Source: Octopus vulgaris | Lineage: Eukaryota | DNA: 64,000 nt | NCBI GenBank assembly: GCA_951406725.2 | Contig: OX597834.1 | Span: forward strand, 41,106,001 to 41,170,000 | Direction: 5' to 3' | Shown here: in pieces, positions 36,374-48,708 of the stretch | How the letters are laid out: the number at the start of each line of letters is the position of its first letter | How positions within the stretch are numbered: the stretch's first letter is position 1 | The notes under the pieces: model-generated | What the model was told of the DNA's origin: nothing | What the model saw: the letters and a program-made list of their open reading frames with translations, nothing else | Database searches by the model: none | Translations under genes and position numbers: made by a program

Positions 36374-39300
36374 CATACATACATACGATGGGCTTCTTTC
36401 AGTTTCCATCTACCAAATCCTCTCACAAGGCTTTGGTCGGCCCGAGGCTATAGTAGAAGACTATTCACGAAGTTGCCAGGGAGATTTCACGTGACATGAC
36501 TGCCCCCCTTTGAATTACTGGTACAATTCATTTTTGTCAACTGACTTGGACTGGAGCAATGTGAAATAAAATGACTTGCTCAAGGAAAGAATGCATTGCT
36601 GGGAATTGAACTCACAACCTTAGAACCATGAGCTGACTACCCTAACCACTAAGCCACATGTCTTCACCATCTATATAACAGTTAACTACATAGGGTCAGC
36701 TTTGTATTAAGGGCTGTTATGGTCTGGAAGTGATGGTGAAGCTATAGGTGGAAAGGTAGTGATTTAGCTGGTGTTATCATTGATGTTGTTGTTGTTATTG
36801 TCGTTTAGTTCAGGTCAGTTTGGATAGCGATGTCAGACGGCTGAATATATCTCAAATCACATACATAACCTAAATCTGAGCAGAAAGGAAGGGCACATCA
36901 GATAATGTTATCTTAAATTTTTTATTTATTTATGCGCCCTTTTTCAAACCTATCCAGGCTCATGGGCCCTGGTTTCCTGGTTTCTGTGGCATATGTGTTC
37001 CCCTCCTGCCAGCTGGATGGGACGCCAGTCCATCGCAGCGTTACTCAAGAAACAGGAAGAAAGAGTGAGAGAAAGTTGGGGCGAAAGAGTACAACAGGGG
37101 TCGCAACCACTCCCTGCCGGAGCCTTGTGGAGCTTTAGGTGTTTTTGCTCAATAAATACACACAACGCTCAGTCTGGGATTTGAAACCGTGATCCTCCGA
37201 CCGAGAGTCCGCTGCCCTAACCACTGGGCCATTGTGCCTCCACATATATATATATAACAGGAAGAAAGAGTGAGAGAAAGTTGGGGCAAAAGAGTACCAC
37301 AGGGGTTGCCACCACCTCCTGCTGAAACCTTGTGGAGCTTTAGGTGTTTTCGCTCAATAAATACACACAATGTCCAGTCTGAGAATTGAAATCACGATTC
37401 TCCGACTGCGAGTCCGCTGCCCTAACCACTGGGCCATTGTGCCTTCATTGTCTTAAATACACAATCAAAAAGATAGGATGAATGGTCACGAGTGGAACAT
37501 CTTTAATCATTGGCTCTGCTCAACCAGGACTATTCTTAGGATGAATGTTCTTCCTGAAATATTGCCAAACCTACTCCCGACATGCCTATGCCCTCTTTCC
37601 TCTTTATGGCTCTTTTACTCTTTGACTTTTCTCTGTTTTTCTCTTATCCTAAATAATCAAATACTTGTATACCAAGAATGTACTTTTGGCTCTCATTGCT
37701 GCTTGCTTTTTACTTGTCTTATTTCTGTTTTCTCTCCGTTCTTTTACTCTTTTCTGATGAGTTGTTGTGCAATAGAGCACTGTATACAATAAGCTAATTA
37801 CCATTATTATTATCAAGGTGGCGAGCTGGCAAAATCGTTAGCATGCTGGGTGAAATGCTTAGTGGTATTTCGTCTGCTACAATGTTCTGAGTTCAAATTC
37901 CACCAAGGTCGACTTTGCCTTTCATCCTTTCGGAGTCAATTAAGTAAGTACCAGTTACGCACTGGGGTTGATATAATTGACTTAATCCATTTGTCTATCC
38001 TTGTTTGTCCTCTCTGTGTTTAGCCCCTTGTGGGTAGTAAAGAAATAGGTATTTCATCTGCCACTATGTTCTGAGTTCAAATTCTGCCGAGGTTGACTTT
38101 GCCTTTCATCCTTTCGAGGTCGATAAATTAAGTACCAGTTTCGCAATGGGGTTGATGTAATCGACTTAATTCCTTCCCCCAAATTTGAGACCTTGTACTT
38201 CCAGTAGAAAGGATGATTATTATTATCATTATTATTAAGGTGGCAAGGTGGCAGAATTGTTAGCTCACCAGGTGAAATGCTTAGCGGAATTTCGTCTGCT
38301 ACTACATTCTGAGTTCAAATTCCGCTGAGGTCAACTTTGCCTTTCATCCTTTTGGTGGTTGATTAAATAAGTACCAGTTACACACTGGAATCTAAGTAAT
38401 CAACTTAATTCCCCCCTCCCCCACCACAAGCTGCCCATGTGGAAAAAATTTGACATCATCATCATCATCATTATTATTATTATTATTATTATTATCATTG
38501 TTATTCATTTCATGTTATTTTTATGTAAGCCCTTGTGGCCAATAAAAGAATCATCATCATCATCATTATTATTATTATTATTATTATTATTAAAGTAGTG
38601 GAGTTGGCAGAATCGTGAGCACAGTGAACAAAATGCTTGTTGGCTCCTTACAGTTCTGAGTTCAAATTCTACTAAGGTCGTCTTTGCCTTTCATCTTTTC
38701 AGGGCTGATAAAATAAGTATCAGTTGAACACCAGAATCAATGTAATCAATTTACCCCCCCCCCCCTCCCGTAATTGCTGGCCTTGTGCCAAAACTTGAAA
38801 TCATCATTATTGTTGTTAGGCAAAGAGCTGGCAGAACTGTTAGCTTGTCTGCCATGTGCACGGGGCCCACTTTGAACAGATCTGTCTAATTGATTCAAAA
38901 CTGGTCCTGGGTAGGGACCAGCCTCTGGTACGAGGATGAGTTCCTATTTGACATCCATCAATCTCAGAGGTGTTAAAAAATGAGTGTGGCCATGGGTGCT
39001 ATCCTTTCTTCCTTGAGTAAGCAATAAAAAAAACTCAATGTGTTCTACCCCACTTTTAAGATAGTAGGGTGTTATTCCAGGGAGGGAAAGGGGTCTAATT
39101 CAGTTTTGCAGCTCTCCTTGAAAAATGCATTTTTTTGAAAATATTTTTTCAATTCTTACGTTTTAGATGTTGGAGTGTGAAACTGCATTAACCCCCCGAG
39201 GGAGATTTGGCTGCTATTTCTAGCAGGCAGGGTGACCCTACAGAGGCGTTCTTGTTGATAGGGAGAGGTGTTGGTAGAGATGGTATTATTGGTGGTATTT

Positions 39301-39710
39301 CTTTGATGATGACGATGATGATGATGCTACAGCTGTTGATGGTGTTGAGGGTAGTGCCGAAGGGGGTTTTGGTTGTTGATATCAATAGCTGAGGTATTCG
39401 TGGGCATGTTGTTTAGTTCCAGGTTATCCCTAATCGAGTAGACCTACCTCTGATCAAAGACATTCTAGCCGCGACCATCCCGTCTATTTCCAATATCCAG
39501 GGAACCCAGAAACACATTATTCAACGTAAAAACAAGGTGTACGAAATGAGAGGGGTTTGGCTGTTGTTTCTAGCAGTTGTAGCAGGTCGAACGACCACAT
39601 AGAGTTGCCTGTGTCGTACGTGTAGTTTGGCAGTGATATTGATGGATGTGTAGTGATGTTCATGCTGTTAGAAAGAGAAAAGTTTTACCGACCTTAAGTT
39701 CCTCAGCCAT
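18021..39710 (-). CDS. HGD: Homogentisate 1,2-dioxygenase, complete gene, 15 coding exons, 1317 nt CDS, 438 aa
   Basis: Exons in transcript order: 39693-39710, 30181-30252, 29257-29345, 28604-28709, 27384-27443, 26787-26878, 25827-25861, 24933-25012, 24661-24760, 23696-23817, 22705-22809, 21394-21520, 19736-19788, 18565-18693, 18021-18149. All introns are GT-AG and phases join without stops. Motifs [48 protein letters not shown] and TPHGPD are present with the Fe ligands His/Glu/His intact. Minus-strand AATAAA at 17935-17940. Confidence 0.97.
18565..18693 (-). CDS. HGD: HGD exon 14 ([21 protein letters not shown]...IAEGTM)
   Basis: 129 bp, CAG acceptor, GTGAGT donor. Confidence 0.95.
19736..19788 (-). 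CDS. HGD: HGD exon 13 ([17 protein letters not shown])
   Basis: 53 bp, CAG acceptor, GTAAGC donor. Confidence 0.95.
21394..21520 (-). CDS. HGD: HGD exon 12 (DPSIFTVLT...[10 protein letters not shown]...FRPPYYH)
   Basis: 127 bp, CAG acceptor, GTATGT donor. Confidence 0.96.
21684..22650 (-). mobile_element. Degenerate Tc1/mariner transposase pseudogene in HGD intron 11, interrupted by about 280 bp of unrelated DNA
   Basis: [34 protein letters not shown], and C-terminal FY..GI...P.RW..VI.NEG.Y motifs. Confidence 0.85.
22705..22809 (-). CDS. HGD: HGD exon 11 ([21 protein letters not shown]...FDHA)
   Basis: 105 bp, CAG acceptor, GTGAGT donor. Confidence 0.95.
23696..23817 (-). CDS. HGD: HGD exon 10 ([17 protein letters not shown]...[11 protein letters not shown])
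   Basis: 122 bp, CAG acceptor, GTAAGT donor. Confidence 0.95.
24270..24480 (+). mobile_element. CR1/L2-like LINE 3' coding fragment
   Basis: [19 protein letters not shown]....[16 protein letters not shown]. Confidence 0.75.
24661..24760 (-). CDS. HGD: HGD exon 9 ([33 protein letters not shown])
   Basis: 100 bp, CAG acceptor, GTGAGA donor. Confidence 0.95.
24812..24902. repeat. (CAT)n(CAC)n(CAA)n compound microsatellite in HGD intron 8
   Basis: Direct reading. Confidence 0.95.
24933..25012 (-). CDS. HGD: HGD exon 8 ([26 protein letters not shown])
   Basis: 80 bp, TAG acceptor, GTGAAG donor. Confidence 0.93.
25827..25861 (-). CDS. HGD: HGD exon 7 ([11 protein letters not shown])
   Basis: 35 bp, CAG acceptor, GTGAGT donor. 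Confidence 0.93.
26787..26878 (-). CDS. HGD: HGD exon 6 ([30 protein letters not shown])
   Basis: 92 bp, CAG acceptor, GTATGG donor. Confidence 0.95.
27384..27443 (-). CDS. HGD: HGD exon 5 ([20 protein letters not shown])
   Basis: 60 bp, TAG acceptor, GTAAGA donor. Confidence 0.95.
28604..28709 (-). CDS. HGD: HGD exon 4 ([14 protein letters not shown]...EPNPNQ)
   Basis: 106 bp, TAG acceptor, GTATAT donor. Confidence 0.95.
29257..29345 (-). CDS. HGD: HGD exon 3 ([29 protein letters not shown])
   Basis: 89 bp, CAG acceptor, GTAAGT donor. Confidence 0.95.
30181..30252 (-). CDS. HGD: HGD exon 2 ([24 protein letters not shown])
   Basis: 72 bp, CAG acceptor, GTAAGT donor. Confidence 0.95.
30433..30775 (-). 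mobile_element. Non-autonomous Helitron-like element; 5' fragment of the same family at about 14660-14773(+)
   Basis: Minus strand begins A|TC and ends CTAG|T, with a GCACTG..CAGTGC hairpin about 11 nt upstream of the end; no TSD. Confidence 0.6.
39693..39710 (-). CDS. HGD: HGD exon 1 coding part (MAEELK)
   Basis: ATG GCT GAG GAA CTT AAG followed by a GTCGGT donor; parallels human exon 1 MAELK; phase 0 matches exon 2. Confidence 0.8.
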
Positions 39711-40070
39711 GTCGACGTAACTGGGTTAACCTGACCTCTGAGAAAGGGACGAACGATCGAGTGGAAGAAAGAACTTCGTTGAGAGATTAAAATACTTGAA
39801 AACACGATCCTTGGGTTATTATATAAAAATATATAAATGTATGGATCGTATCTTCTCCAACTGTTGAAATTGGTAAGAAAAATGGGTTTACGGCAAAATA
39901 CTCCCTGTATTTACAACGGGAGCAGAGTTTAACAAACTATTTGGTATTCTTCTTCGCTTCCTTCTTTTTTGTTATTGCGTCTTTTTTGGGGGTTCTAGTT
40001 CCCTTATCTAGGCAGTTTAAAGAAGCCCTTTTTCTTATATACGCAGCTTACACAGTCGATGCGAGTGTGC

Positions 40071-40075
<5 letters not shown>

Positions 40076-40152
<77 letters not shown>
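40076..40152. repeat. (AG)n microsatellite upstream of HGD
   Basis: Direct reading. Confidence 0.95.
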
Positions 40153-40156
<4 letters not shown>

Positions 40157-40235
40157 TAAGGGAAAGAGAGAAAGGAAGAAACGAAAGCGAATTTGAGAAA
40201 GTTTTGCTTCAGAGAAAACTGAAGTTGTAAAGCGA

Positions 40236-40482
40236 TGGTGGTGGCGGCGATGTTGGTGGTGTTTTGTGGCGGTGGTGGTGGTGGCAGTGCTGGTGCTTTG
40301 TGGCGGTGGTGGTGGTGGTGGCAGTGCTGGTGCTTTGTGGCAGTGGTGGTGGTGGTAGTGCTGGTGCTTTGTGGCGGTGGTGGTGGTGGTGGTGGTGGCA
40401 GTGCTGGTGCTTTGTGGTGGAGGTGGTGGTAGTACTGGTGCTTGGTGGTGGCGGTGGCAGCGCTGGTGTTTTGTGGTGGTGA
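40236..40482. repeat. GGT-rich minisatellite, unit approximately GGCAGTGCTGGTGCTTTGT(GGT)n
   Basis: About six imperfect units. Confidence 0.85.
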
Positions 40483-40858
40483 AGGGGGTAATGGTGTTTT
40501 GTGGTGGTGGTGTTGTGTGTATGTGTACGTGATGTACGGGGTGTGGTATAGGCGGAGGTGGGTGGGTGGGTGATGAGGGGAACAGTTTTAAAATCGTTAA
40601 CAGAGGTGTTGGTGCCGGGGATGAAGCGAGTGTTGTGGGTGCGTGACGATGGGGGAGGTTGTAGTTGAAATAATGAAAAAGAAAAAAACAAAAACATTTT
40701 TATTTCTTTTTAAACATTATGGCATGGACGGAGGTGGAGGTTGTGACTGCCGTGTTACTGTTAGCGACGATGATGATGATGATGATGATGATGAGGGACT
40801 TGGAGATAAATCGAATCTGGTTATGGTTGGTTTTTTGGTTAGAAGGAGAAGATGTGTT

Positions 40859-40993
40859 GGATCTTTTCCTTTTGATGGACGGAATTTTCTAGTTAACTAA
40901 AACAATTTGAAACTTCGTAAACTGGTAGAATGTGTGAAAAGAAAACATTGTTTAGTTAACTAGAAAATTCCGTCCATCAAAAGGAAAAGATCC
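40859..40993. mobile_element. 135-bp MITE with ~48-bp TIRs
   Basis: GGATCTTTTCCTTTTGATGGACGG...CCGTCCATCAAAAGGAAAAGATCC; perfect 8-bp TSD GATGTGTT. Confidence 0.85.
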
Positions 40994-41461
40994 GATGTGT
41001 TACATTTAGTATTAGAGATTCTGTTGTTGTTGTTGTTGTTGTTATTAGTGGTAGTGGTGGTGGCGGTGGAGGGGGGGGGTTCGCTCGACATTTTTGGGTG
41101 AAAAACAAGATCGCATAAAGTTTATTTCTCTCGTTATGCCTTGGCAGGGCTTCTTGTCTGAACGAAGGTCATAAGAGAGGAATATAAAAGAAGGTATGTG
41201 AAGATTGTACCAATCGCAAGAGCTGCTTCATGCCAAGATGTCTTGGAGGGAGGGAGGGAGAGAGAGAAGAGTATAAATATGTATCTGCGTGTCTGTGCTG
41301 GGGGTGTGGCCGAAGCAAACTTATTGCCTCCCTTCCCTCCTACTTACACCCCCCCCCCCGTCATCACACATTGATATGAATATGCAATATCTTCAGAGCA
41401 GAACTGGAGGAGATATGAAGAACTCGCACTTTGTCGATCTGTCCGTCTGTCTGCGTATTTT

Positions 41462-41790
<329 letters not shown>

Positions 41791-42457
41791 ATGTATCTGT
41801 CTGTCTGTCTATTGCCTGATCATCCTATTTGCTATTCTATTTATGTGTCTAACATTCTGTTCATCTGAAACTGAAATTCATAGTCCAGCAAATGCTTCCA
41901 TCTCCATCCTACATAAGGTTATACAAATTTCAATTAATGAACATTTCAGAGTTGTCATTCCTTCACCTTCACCACATTATCATTAACATCAATTGCTAAG
42001 ACTTGCTTTCCCTCTTCTTATTACTCTTTTACTTGTTTCAGTCATTTGACTGCGGCCATGCTGGAGCACCACCTTTAGTCGAGCGAGCAAATCGAACCCA
42101 GGACTTATTCTTTGTAAGCCTAGTACTTATTCTATCGGTCTCTTTTGCTGAACTGCTAGGTTACAGGGGACATAAACACACCAGCATTGGTTGTCAAGCA
42201 ATGTTGGGGGAACAAACACAGGCACACAAACATATACACATGTTTACAGAATATTCTGTAATCATTTCTGTCAGATGAAGCAAATTAGACAACAAACTTC
42301 CTTCCGATTGGATACAGTTTATTAATTCACTGTAACGGTAATCAAAGCAATTAACAATTTTGTATGCAGTGATCCATCATAAAATTGAATATTTCAGTCA
42401 CAAATGTTCCCATTTCTGGAACGGTCATAAATATTACATTTTGTACAGAGAGAGGCA

Positions 42458-42599
42458 TCATAGCACCAACAGTTTCTCAGCCACGAGTGTTTGAGCTTCG
42501 AGTAAGGACAAATCAAATTTCTGCAAAATGTTGTTGAATTTTTTTTGAATATTTGGTTTCTGTAGTCCGGTTTCAAGTTTGGCTGTTTTCTTGGACAAC
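42458..42599 (-). CDS. RPAP2: RPAP2 exon 10, last (LSKKTAKLE...EKLLVL*)
   Basis: 142 bp including TGA; AAG acceptor after a pyrimidine tract. Confidence 0.8.
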
Positions 42600-43476
42600 C
42601 TTAAGATATAAAAGAAAAAAGAAATTGAGAGATAGAGAGAGAGCGATGTATGACAGAAGAATGCAATTTTTGATTGGTAGTATAAACAATACTTATGTTC
42701 ACACTAAGTTAAAGTTACCATGAGTCTTGTTTAAAAAAAAAATGTTTTTGGCTAAGTCAATGAAGGAAGGGCAGTGCATTTGATCTTTTCGGGAGCTTCA
42801 AGACTGGTGGGGTAATGGGAGCAGAAACAAGAGTTTCAAATCCTGCCAGGATGAAACTTAGCCTTTCATCTGTTTAGGATTGATAAAATAAAGTACCAAT
42901 CGAGTACTGGGGATGGATGTAATCAACCATTCTCCACTTCCTAAAATTTCTGGCCTTGTGCCAAAAATAGGCGGAACTATTATTATTATTATTATTATTA
43001 TAACTCCTCCTCCTTTAACCGAGGTTAAAGAGGTGGTATGGTGGACCCGTTTGAAAGGGTTAAAGTCAGACACTTTCCTCTTTGGCTAAGGCCTCATCAA
43101 CTTTTTCAAGTTCCACTTGAAAAGGAAGGTGAGGGTAGAGAGGGAAGTGTTGCCTTCTAGCAAATTTGCTGAAAGGTGGACAGATGTCAGAAAAATGGCC
43201 AGTATGGACGGACCAATTTTGAGATTACACCTGTAACAAAAAAAGTATAAAAGGAGAAAGGGCTCTTGCCCTGTTGACCAGGCACCTGTGCCTTTTATGG
43301 GGTTTTCCACGAGTAATCACCTTCAAAGAGCCTCCCCCTATTAGGAGTTTTTACTTGTTTCAATATTCTTATTTATGTGGACCTTTTTTTTTGCAAAACC
43401 CTTTGTTTTATCGTCCTGTGTTGTCCTTACATGTTTTTGATTTATATTAGCCCTTGTGGCCAATAAAACAGAATCA

Positions 43477-43567
<91 letters not shown>

Positions 43568-46500
43568 TATTACTACTACTACTACTACTGCTACTGGCAG
43601 AATTGTTAGCATGCCAGGTAAAAAGTGGCATTTCGTCTGTTTTTATGTTCAGAGTCGTAATTCTGCTGAGGCCAACTTTGCCTTTCATTTGTTTCGGGTT
43701 GATCAAATAATAAGTACCAGTTGTATACTGGGGGTCAATGTAATTGACTTAGCCCTCTCCCCCCACAAATTTCAGGTTTTGTGCCTATAGTGGAAAGGAT
43801 TATCATTATCAATATTATTATCTGTACCACTTCAGCAATACACATACTAAAAGTATTGTTATTATTGTCTTTTGTTTTTGTCAGAAAGATGAAATACTTA
43901 CAAAATAATAATGAAAATAGCAGCAACATCCCATTCTTTTGTCTTCAGGACAATATTTGTATTCACTAAACTGTTAAAAGAAAGAAAATTACTGTGGTCG
44001 TTTGATGTTAAAGCTGTGAAATAAAACATAATGTTCTGGTTTTATTGGAGACAAGCACCTCCACCCAGCCAAGCCTGCATCAAGAGACTACTTTCTGAGT
44101 CTTTGCTCATCATCAGTCTGTTGCCCCTTGTAAACATAAGGACACAGTAAATGTGTCAAGGCCGACAGGAAGCGTTGCTGCTTCCTAGGGCTAAATAGCA
44201 GTGGTGTAATTCCCTTCATGGGACTGTCACATTAAGGTGACAGTATACAACTACTCTATCGTACCACTACTGCATAAATCTCTCTGAGATATTTAGAAAT
44301 GTAATACTTCTAATATTAATTATCACGTGACCGACCAGACCATCAGATGTTGTTACACATCGCTGGTCACAATGCGTTCGCATTGTTTTAGCCTTCGAAT
44401 GGAGCACAGATTTCTTTTCATGGATCCCACTTTGAAAAGTACTGTTCAAAACAACTCTAATAAAACAGATTAGCTTGATCCGAGCTAATCTGGAGACTAA
44501 GCAATAGAAATAACGGAAAAGAAAAGGGAGTAGAAATTAGAAAGAAGGTAGTATGAGGGAATAAACAAAAAACAAGAGGAAGAATGGAAAGGAATACACT
44601 TGACATCTCTCTACCTGAATGTATGTACAAAATCCTTGATATCTGTTGACAATTCTCCAATCAAGAGGTCCATATCACCGATAAGGCCATCAATTCTGTA
44701 ATGCACAAGAGCAAAAAATAGATGAAAAATATTTCACAAAAGGTGCGGGCATGGTGTGTGATAAAGAAGCTCAATCGACAACTCAGGAGGCCAGTGAAAG
44801 CTAAGGGCACTGCTTTGGAAGGACCGTGAAGTTCATGGGTATATTCTTGAAGGGGATGGTGAAGGTCTTGGACATAGTTTCAGGGGGTTGTAAAGTGTAA
44901 GGATACATATTCTCAATGGGTCTGTAAAGAATATGGGCACATTCTTGGAAGGTTTGGAGGATAAAGGCTCAGTCTCAGAGTGGCTAAGAGGGTACCGGCA
45001 CAATCCCATTTTCCTACCTAACACCATGAAAATAAATGTCCAAGCAATGCTTGTGGTTGGATCTGAATTGGCATTAGATGCTAAGAAAGTGCTGGTGTGT
45101 TACACTACATTCCTGCTGCTTCTAGGCGTTATCCATGCTACCTATTTCTACTAGGTGGACTTATCCAATCAAGATTTTAGAAGCCTTGCCATATCACCGG
45201 TGATACAATAGAGAGCATTGTTTCCTTTGGGTCACTGATAGAACCACTTTCACCTGCTAAAAATAGCAACCAAATTTTCCTCAAATCACATTCTATTGCA
45301 AACATTTTCAACTAATGTAAGGCAGAACACACGTGTGTCATGAGTTTTGAGTGCAAATGCATTCCTTTGCAGTAAAGTGTAATTTGTAAATCCATTGTTG
45401 GGTTTTTATGGTTTTCATCACTGTTTACAATCATCATCATCATCACCATCATCATCATCATTGTTTAACGTCCGCTTTCCATGCTAGCATGGGTTGGACG
45501 ATTTGACTGAGGACTGGCAAACCAGATGGCTGCACCAGGCTCCAGTCTTGATCTGGCAGAGTTTCTACAACTGGATGCTCTTCCTAATGCCAACCACTCC
45601 GAGAGTGTAGTGGATGCTTTTATGTGCCACCGGTACGGGGGCCAGTCAGGCAGTACTGGCAACGGCCATGCTCAAATGGTGTTTTTTACATGCCACCTGC
45701 ACAGGAGCCAGTCCAGTGGTACTGGCAACGACCTCGCTCAAATGCTTTTTCACCTTTAATAAAATTTTTCAATGTATCATACAGATGTAATTTTTGACGC
45801 TGAATCCAAATTTGTTATTCATTTGTTCTCTTTTACTTGTTTCAGTTATTTGACTGTGGCCATGCTGGAGCACCGCCTTTAGTCGAAGAAATCGACCTCA
45901 GGACTTATTCTTTGTAAGCCTAGTACTTATTCTATCGGTCTCTTTTGCTGAAACCGCTAAGTTACGGGGACGTAAACACACCAGTATCGGTTGTCAAGTG
46001 ATGTTGGGGGACAAACACAGATACACAAACATATACACATATATATATATATCAATGGAATTTGTATCTTGTGGTACCAGTGCCGGTGGCACACAAGAAA
46101 ACCATCCGAACGTGGCCGTAGCCAGTACCGCATCGACTAGCCTCCGTGCTGTGGGCACGCAACAAACACCATCCGATCGTGGCCGTTCGCCAGCCTCATC
46201 TGGCACCTGTGTCGGTGGCACATAAAAACACCATCCGAAGACCCGGCAAGACTAGTCAGGCCATAACCCGTGGCCCCTACCTGGGACGTAGTCAGTCCAC
46301 CTGTGCATACCTTCCTTCTTGTGACACTTGTGAAGACCTGTTGAGGCAAGTGAAAATCAAATCAAATCAAATCAAAACAAATCAAAATAGATGAACATCA
46401 ATGGAATTTGTATCTTTGTGGTACCAGTGCCGGTGGCACACAAGAAAATCATCCGAACGTGGCCGTAGCCAGTACCGCATAGACTGGCCTCCGTGCTTTG

Positions 46501-48632
46501 GGGACGTAACAAACACCATCCGATCGTGGCCGTCCGCCAGCCTCATCTGGCACCTGTGTCGGTGGCACATAAAAACACCATCCGAGCGTGGCCGTCTGCC
46601 AGCCTCGTCTGGCACCTGTGTCGGTGGCACATAAAAACACCATCCGAGCGTGGCCGTTCGCCAGCCTCGTCTGGCACCTGTGTCGGTGGCACATAAAATC
46701 ACCCACTACACTCTCGGAGTGGTTGGCGTTAGGAAGGGCATCCAGCTGTAGAAACACTGCCAGATCTGACTGGCCTGGTGCAGCCTTCGGGCTCCCCAGA
46801 CCCCAGTTGAACCGTCCAACCCATGCTAGCATGGAAAACGGACGCTAAATGATGATGATGATGATGATGATGATACATATATACGACAGGCTTCTTTCAG
46901 TTTCCGTCTGACAGAGAGCAAACAAGAACAGCAACAAGATACTAAGAATATCTGCTTACCTTTTGCTAAGTTGTTGCAAGAAGATAGATCTTCTAAGGGT
47001 TACTTGAGAATAAGAATCAACATTTGGCAGCACCAGATTTGATTCAGTCTCATCGATCTGAAAGAAGAATTTCGAGATTTTTAACCACTAATCATGGAAA
47101 ATATTAGGGGGTCTTGTCTTGAATCAGATGCGTCAAAAAATATCAAAAATAAAACGTAAGTGAAAATCAAACCTTTTTCTTTGGTGCTGGTTTGAAATAT
47201 TCCTTGACTTTAAAGGAATAGTTTTCTGTTTCTTTCTGAAGATTTTCATAAGATGGTAATGACTTCTTGGGAAGAATATCTTTCCCAGGAACATGATCGT
47301 CAAGCAGGTGTTCGAAATCCTGACCTTGAATAGCAACTCTTTCACAGAGCTTTGAAAAGTCTGAGGATTCTTTTGAAGCAGAATCATTTGAGGGGTCAGG
47401 TTGTTCTTCAGGGCTTGATAAACCTAAGAAGCAAAGGGATTTTGGGGTAATCCAAGAGTGGATAAAATAGATTATTTTATCTCGTGGTCGTTGATGATTT
47501 GCATTACTGACATTGCTACTTTTGGAATTGTCTTTAGTTGAAGGCGAAGAATTTGAGCAAGAAGATACTGTGTCTGATGTCTGAGAACCCGAAGAGTGGT
47601 GCCTGCATGTGTAGTTTCCTTCCTTGTCAGTTCTCTGTGATTCTGGTTCATTGTGAACTAATGAAACAGGGTTTACAAACTGTGACAGTTTGTTTTTCTG
47701 TTTATCAAGCAACATTTGTAACTGATTTATTTGAGAATGCGCTCCAGTAGATTTCGTTTTATTGTTAGAAACCTCAGATGCAGACGGCAGATGCGGCTGG
47801 CTACTTTTCCCTTTCTTTGGCACTTTCGTCTTTTTTTTGCTTGAAGTAGTTACTAAAGTCACTGAAGGCCTGTCATCATCAGAATCAGTTTCATCTGAAC
47901 AAAAATTTCCTAATTCAGGGAGATTACCTTGAAGTCGCACTAGAATTTTTTTATCTGTAGAAGAACCGTCTTCTTCATCTGATCCTTCAGATTGTAAGAG
48001 ATCCCCATCGGAACCATCTTCGGAATTTACATGTTGAAGTGGATCTTCATCAATGTCAGAATCTTTAGTTGAGAGTTTTGAAACGTTTGGCTGAGGTCTA
48101 TAGAGATTGTCATGGAGCTCATCTAACCAGTCCCGCTGTTCCAAGATCGACACAACACCTCTGCTGTCCTCTTCCTCTTCAGCATCAATTATAGCATCCT
48201 CATCAGAGATATTAAGTTTATTTAAGTTACTTTTTTTACTAATGACTTCATATCCAATCCAGCCCCTGAAAAAAAAAAATATATATCAATATATATATAT
48301 AAAACTGAGAATGTGTGTGTGTGTGTGTCTGTCTGTCTGTGTGAATCCCTAAAACTTGAGAACTACACAACCAATTTCATTCAAATTTTACAAATGCCAT
48401 GTAGTGTCATGGGCAAAAAAAAAATTTAACTTCTTGCCTAGGGCGAGCCCACAGCAATATCATATCTTCTCCACTATTTCAGTATTACGTGTGAAAAGTG
48501 AAACAAAAACATCTCTCTATTGTAATGTCAGATGCTTTCACTTTAATAGTTTCACTTTAAAATTTAAAAGGAAACATTAGGTTTAATGAATGAAGTGGAG
48601 GTGGGTAATGGCTGTGGTGAGGAAGTAGGAGG

Positions 48633-48708
<76 letters not shown>

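Noticed and set aside
39720-39840. HNF4-like site and TATA box for HGD
   Set aside because: Only an AGGTCA half-site and a non-canonical AT run are present, too weak without a mapped TSS.
43086-43230. Candidate RPAP2 exon (RCNLKIGPSILAIF...)
   Set aside because: It lies in a LINE-like fragment, and 43902-43970 fits the RPAP2 motif and phase better.
47167-48153. Standalone 328-aa gene
   Set aside because: It is the large internal exon 6 of RPAP2, joined in frame at both ends.
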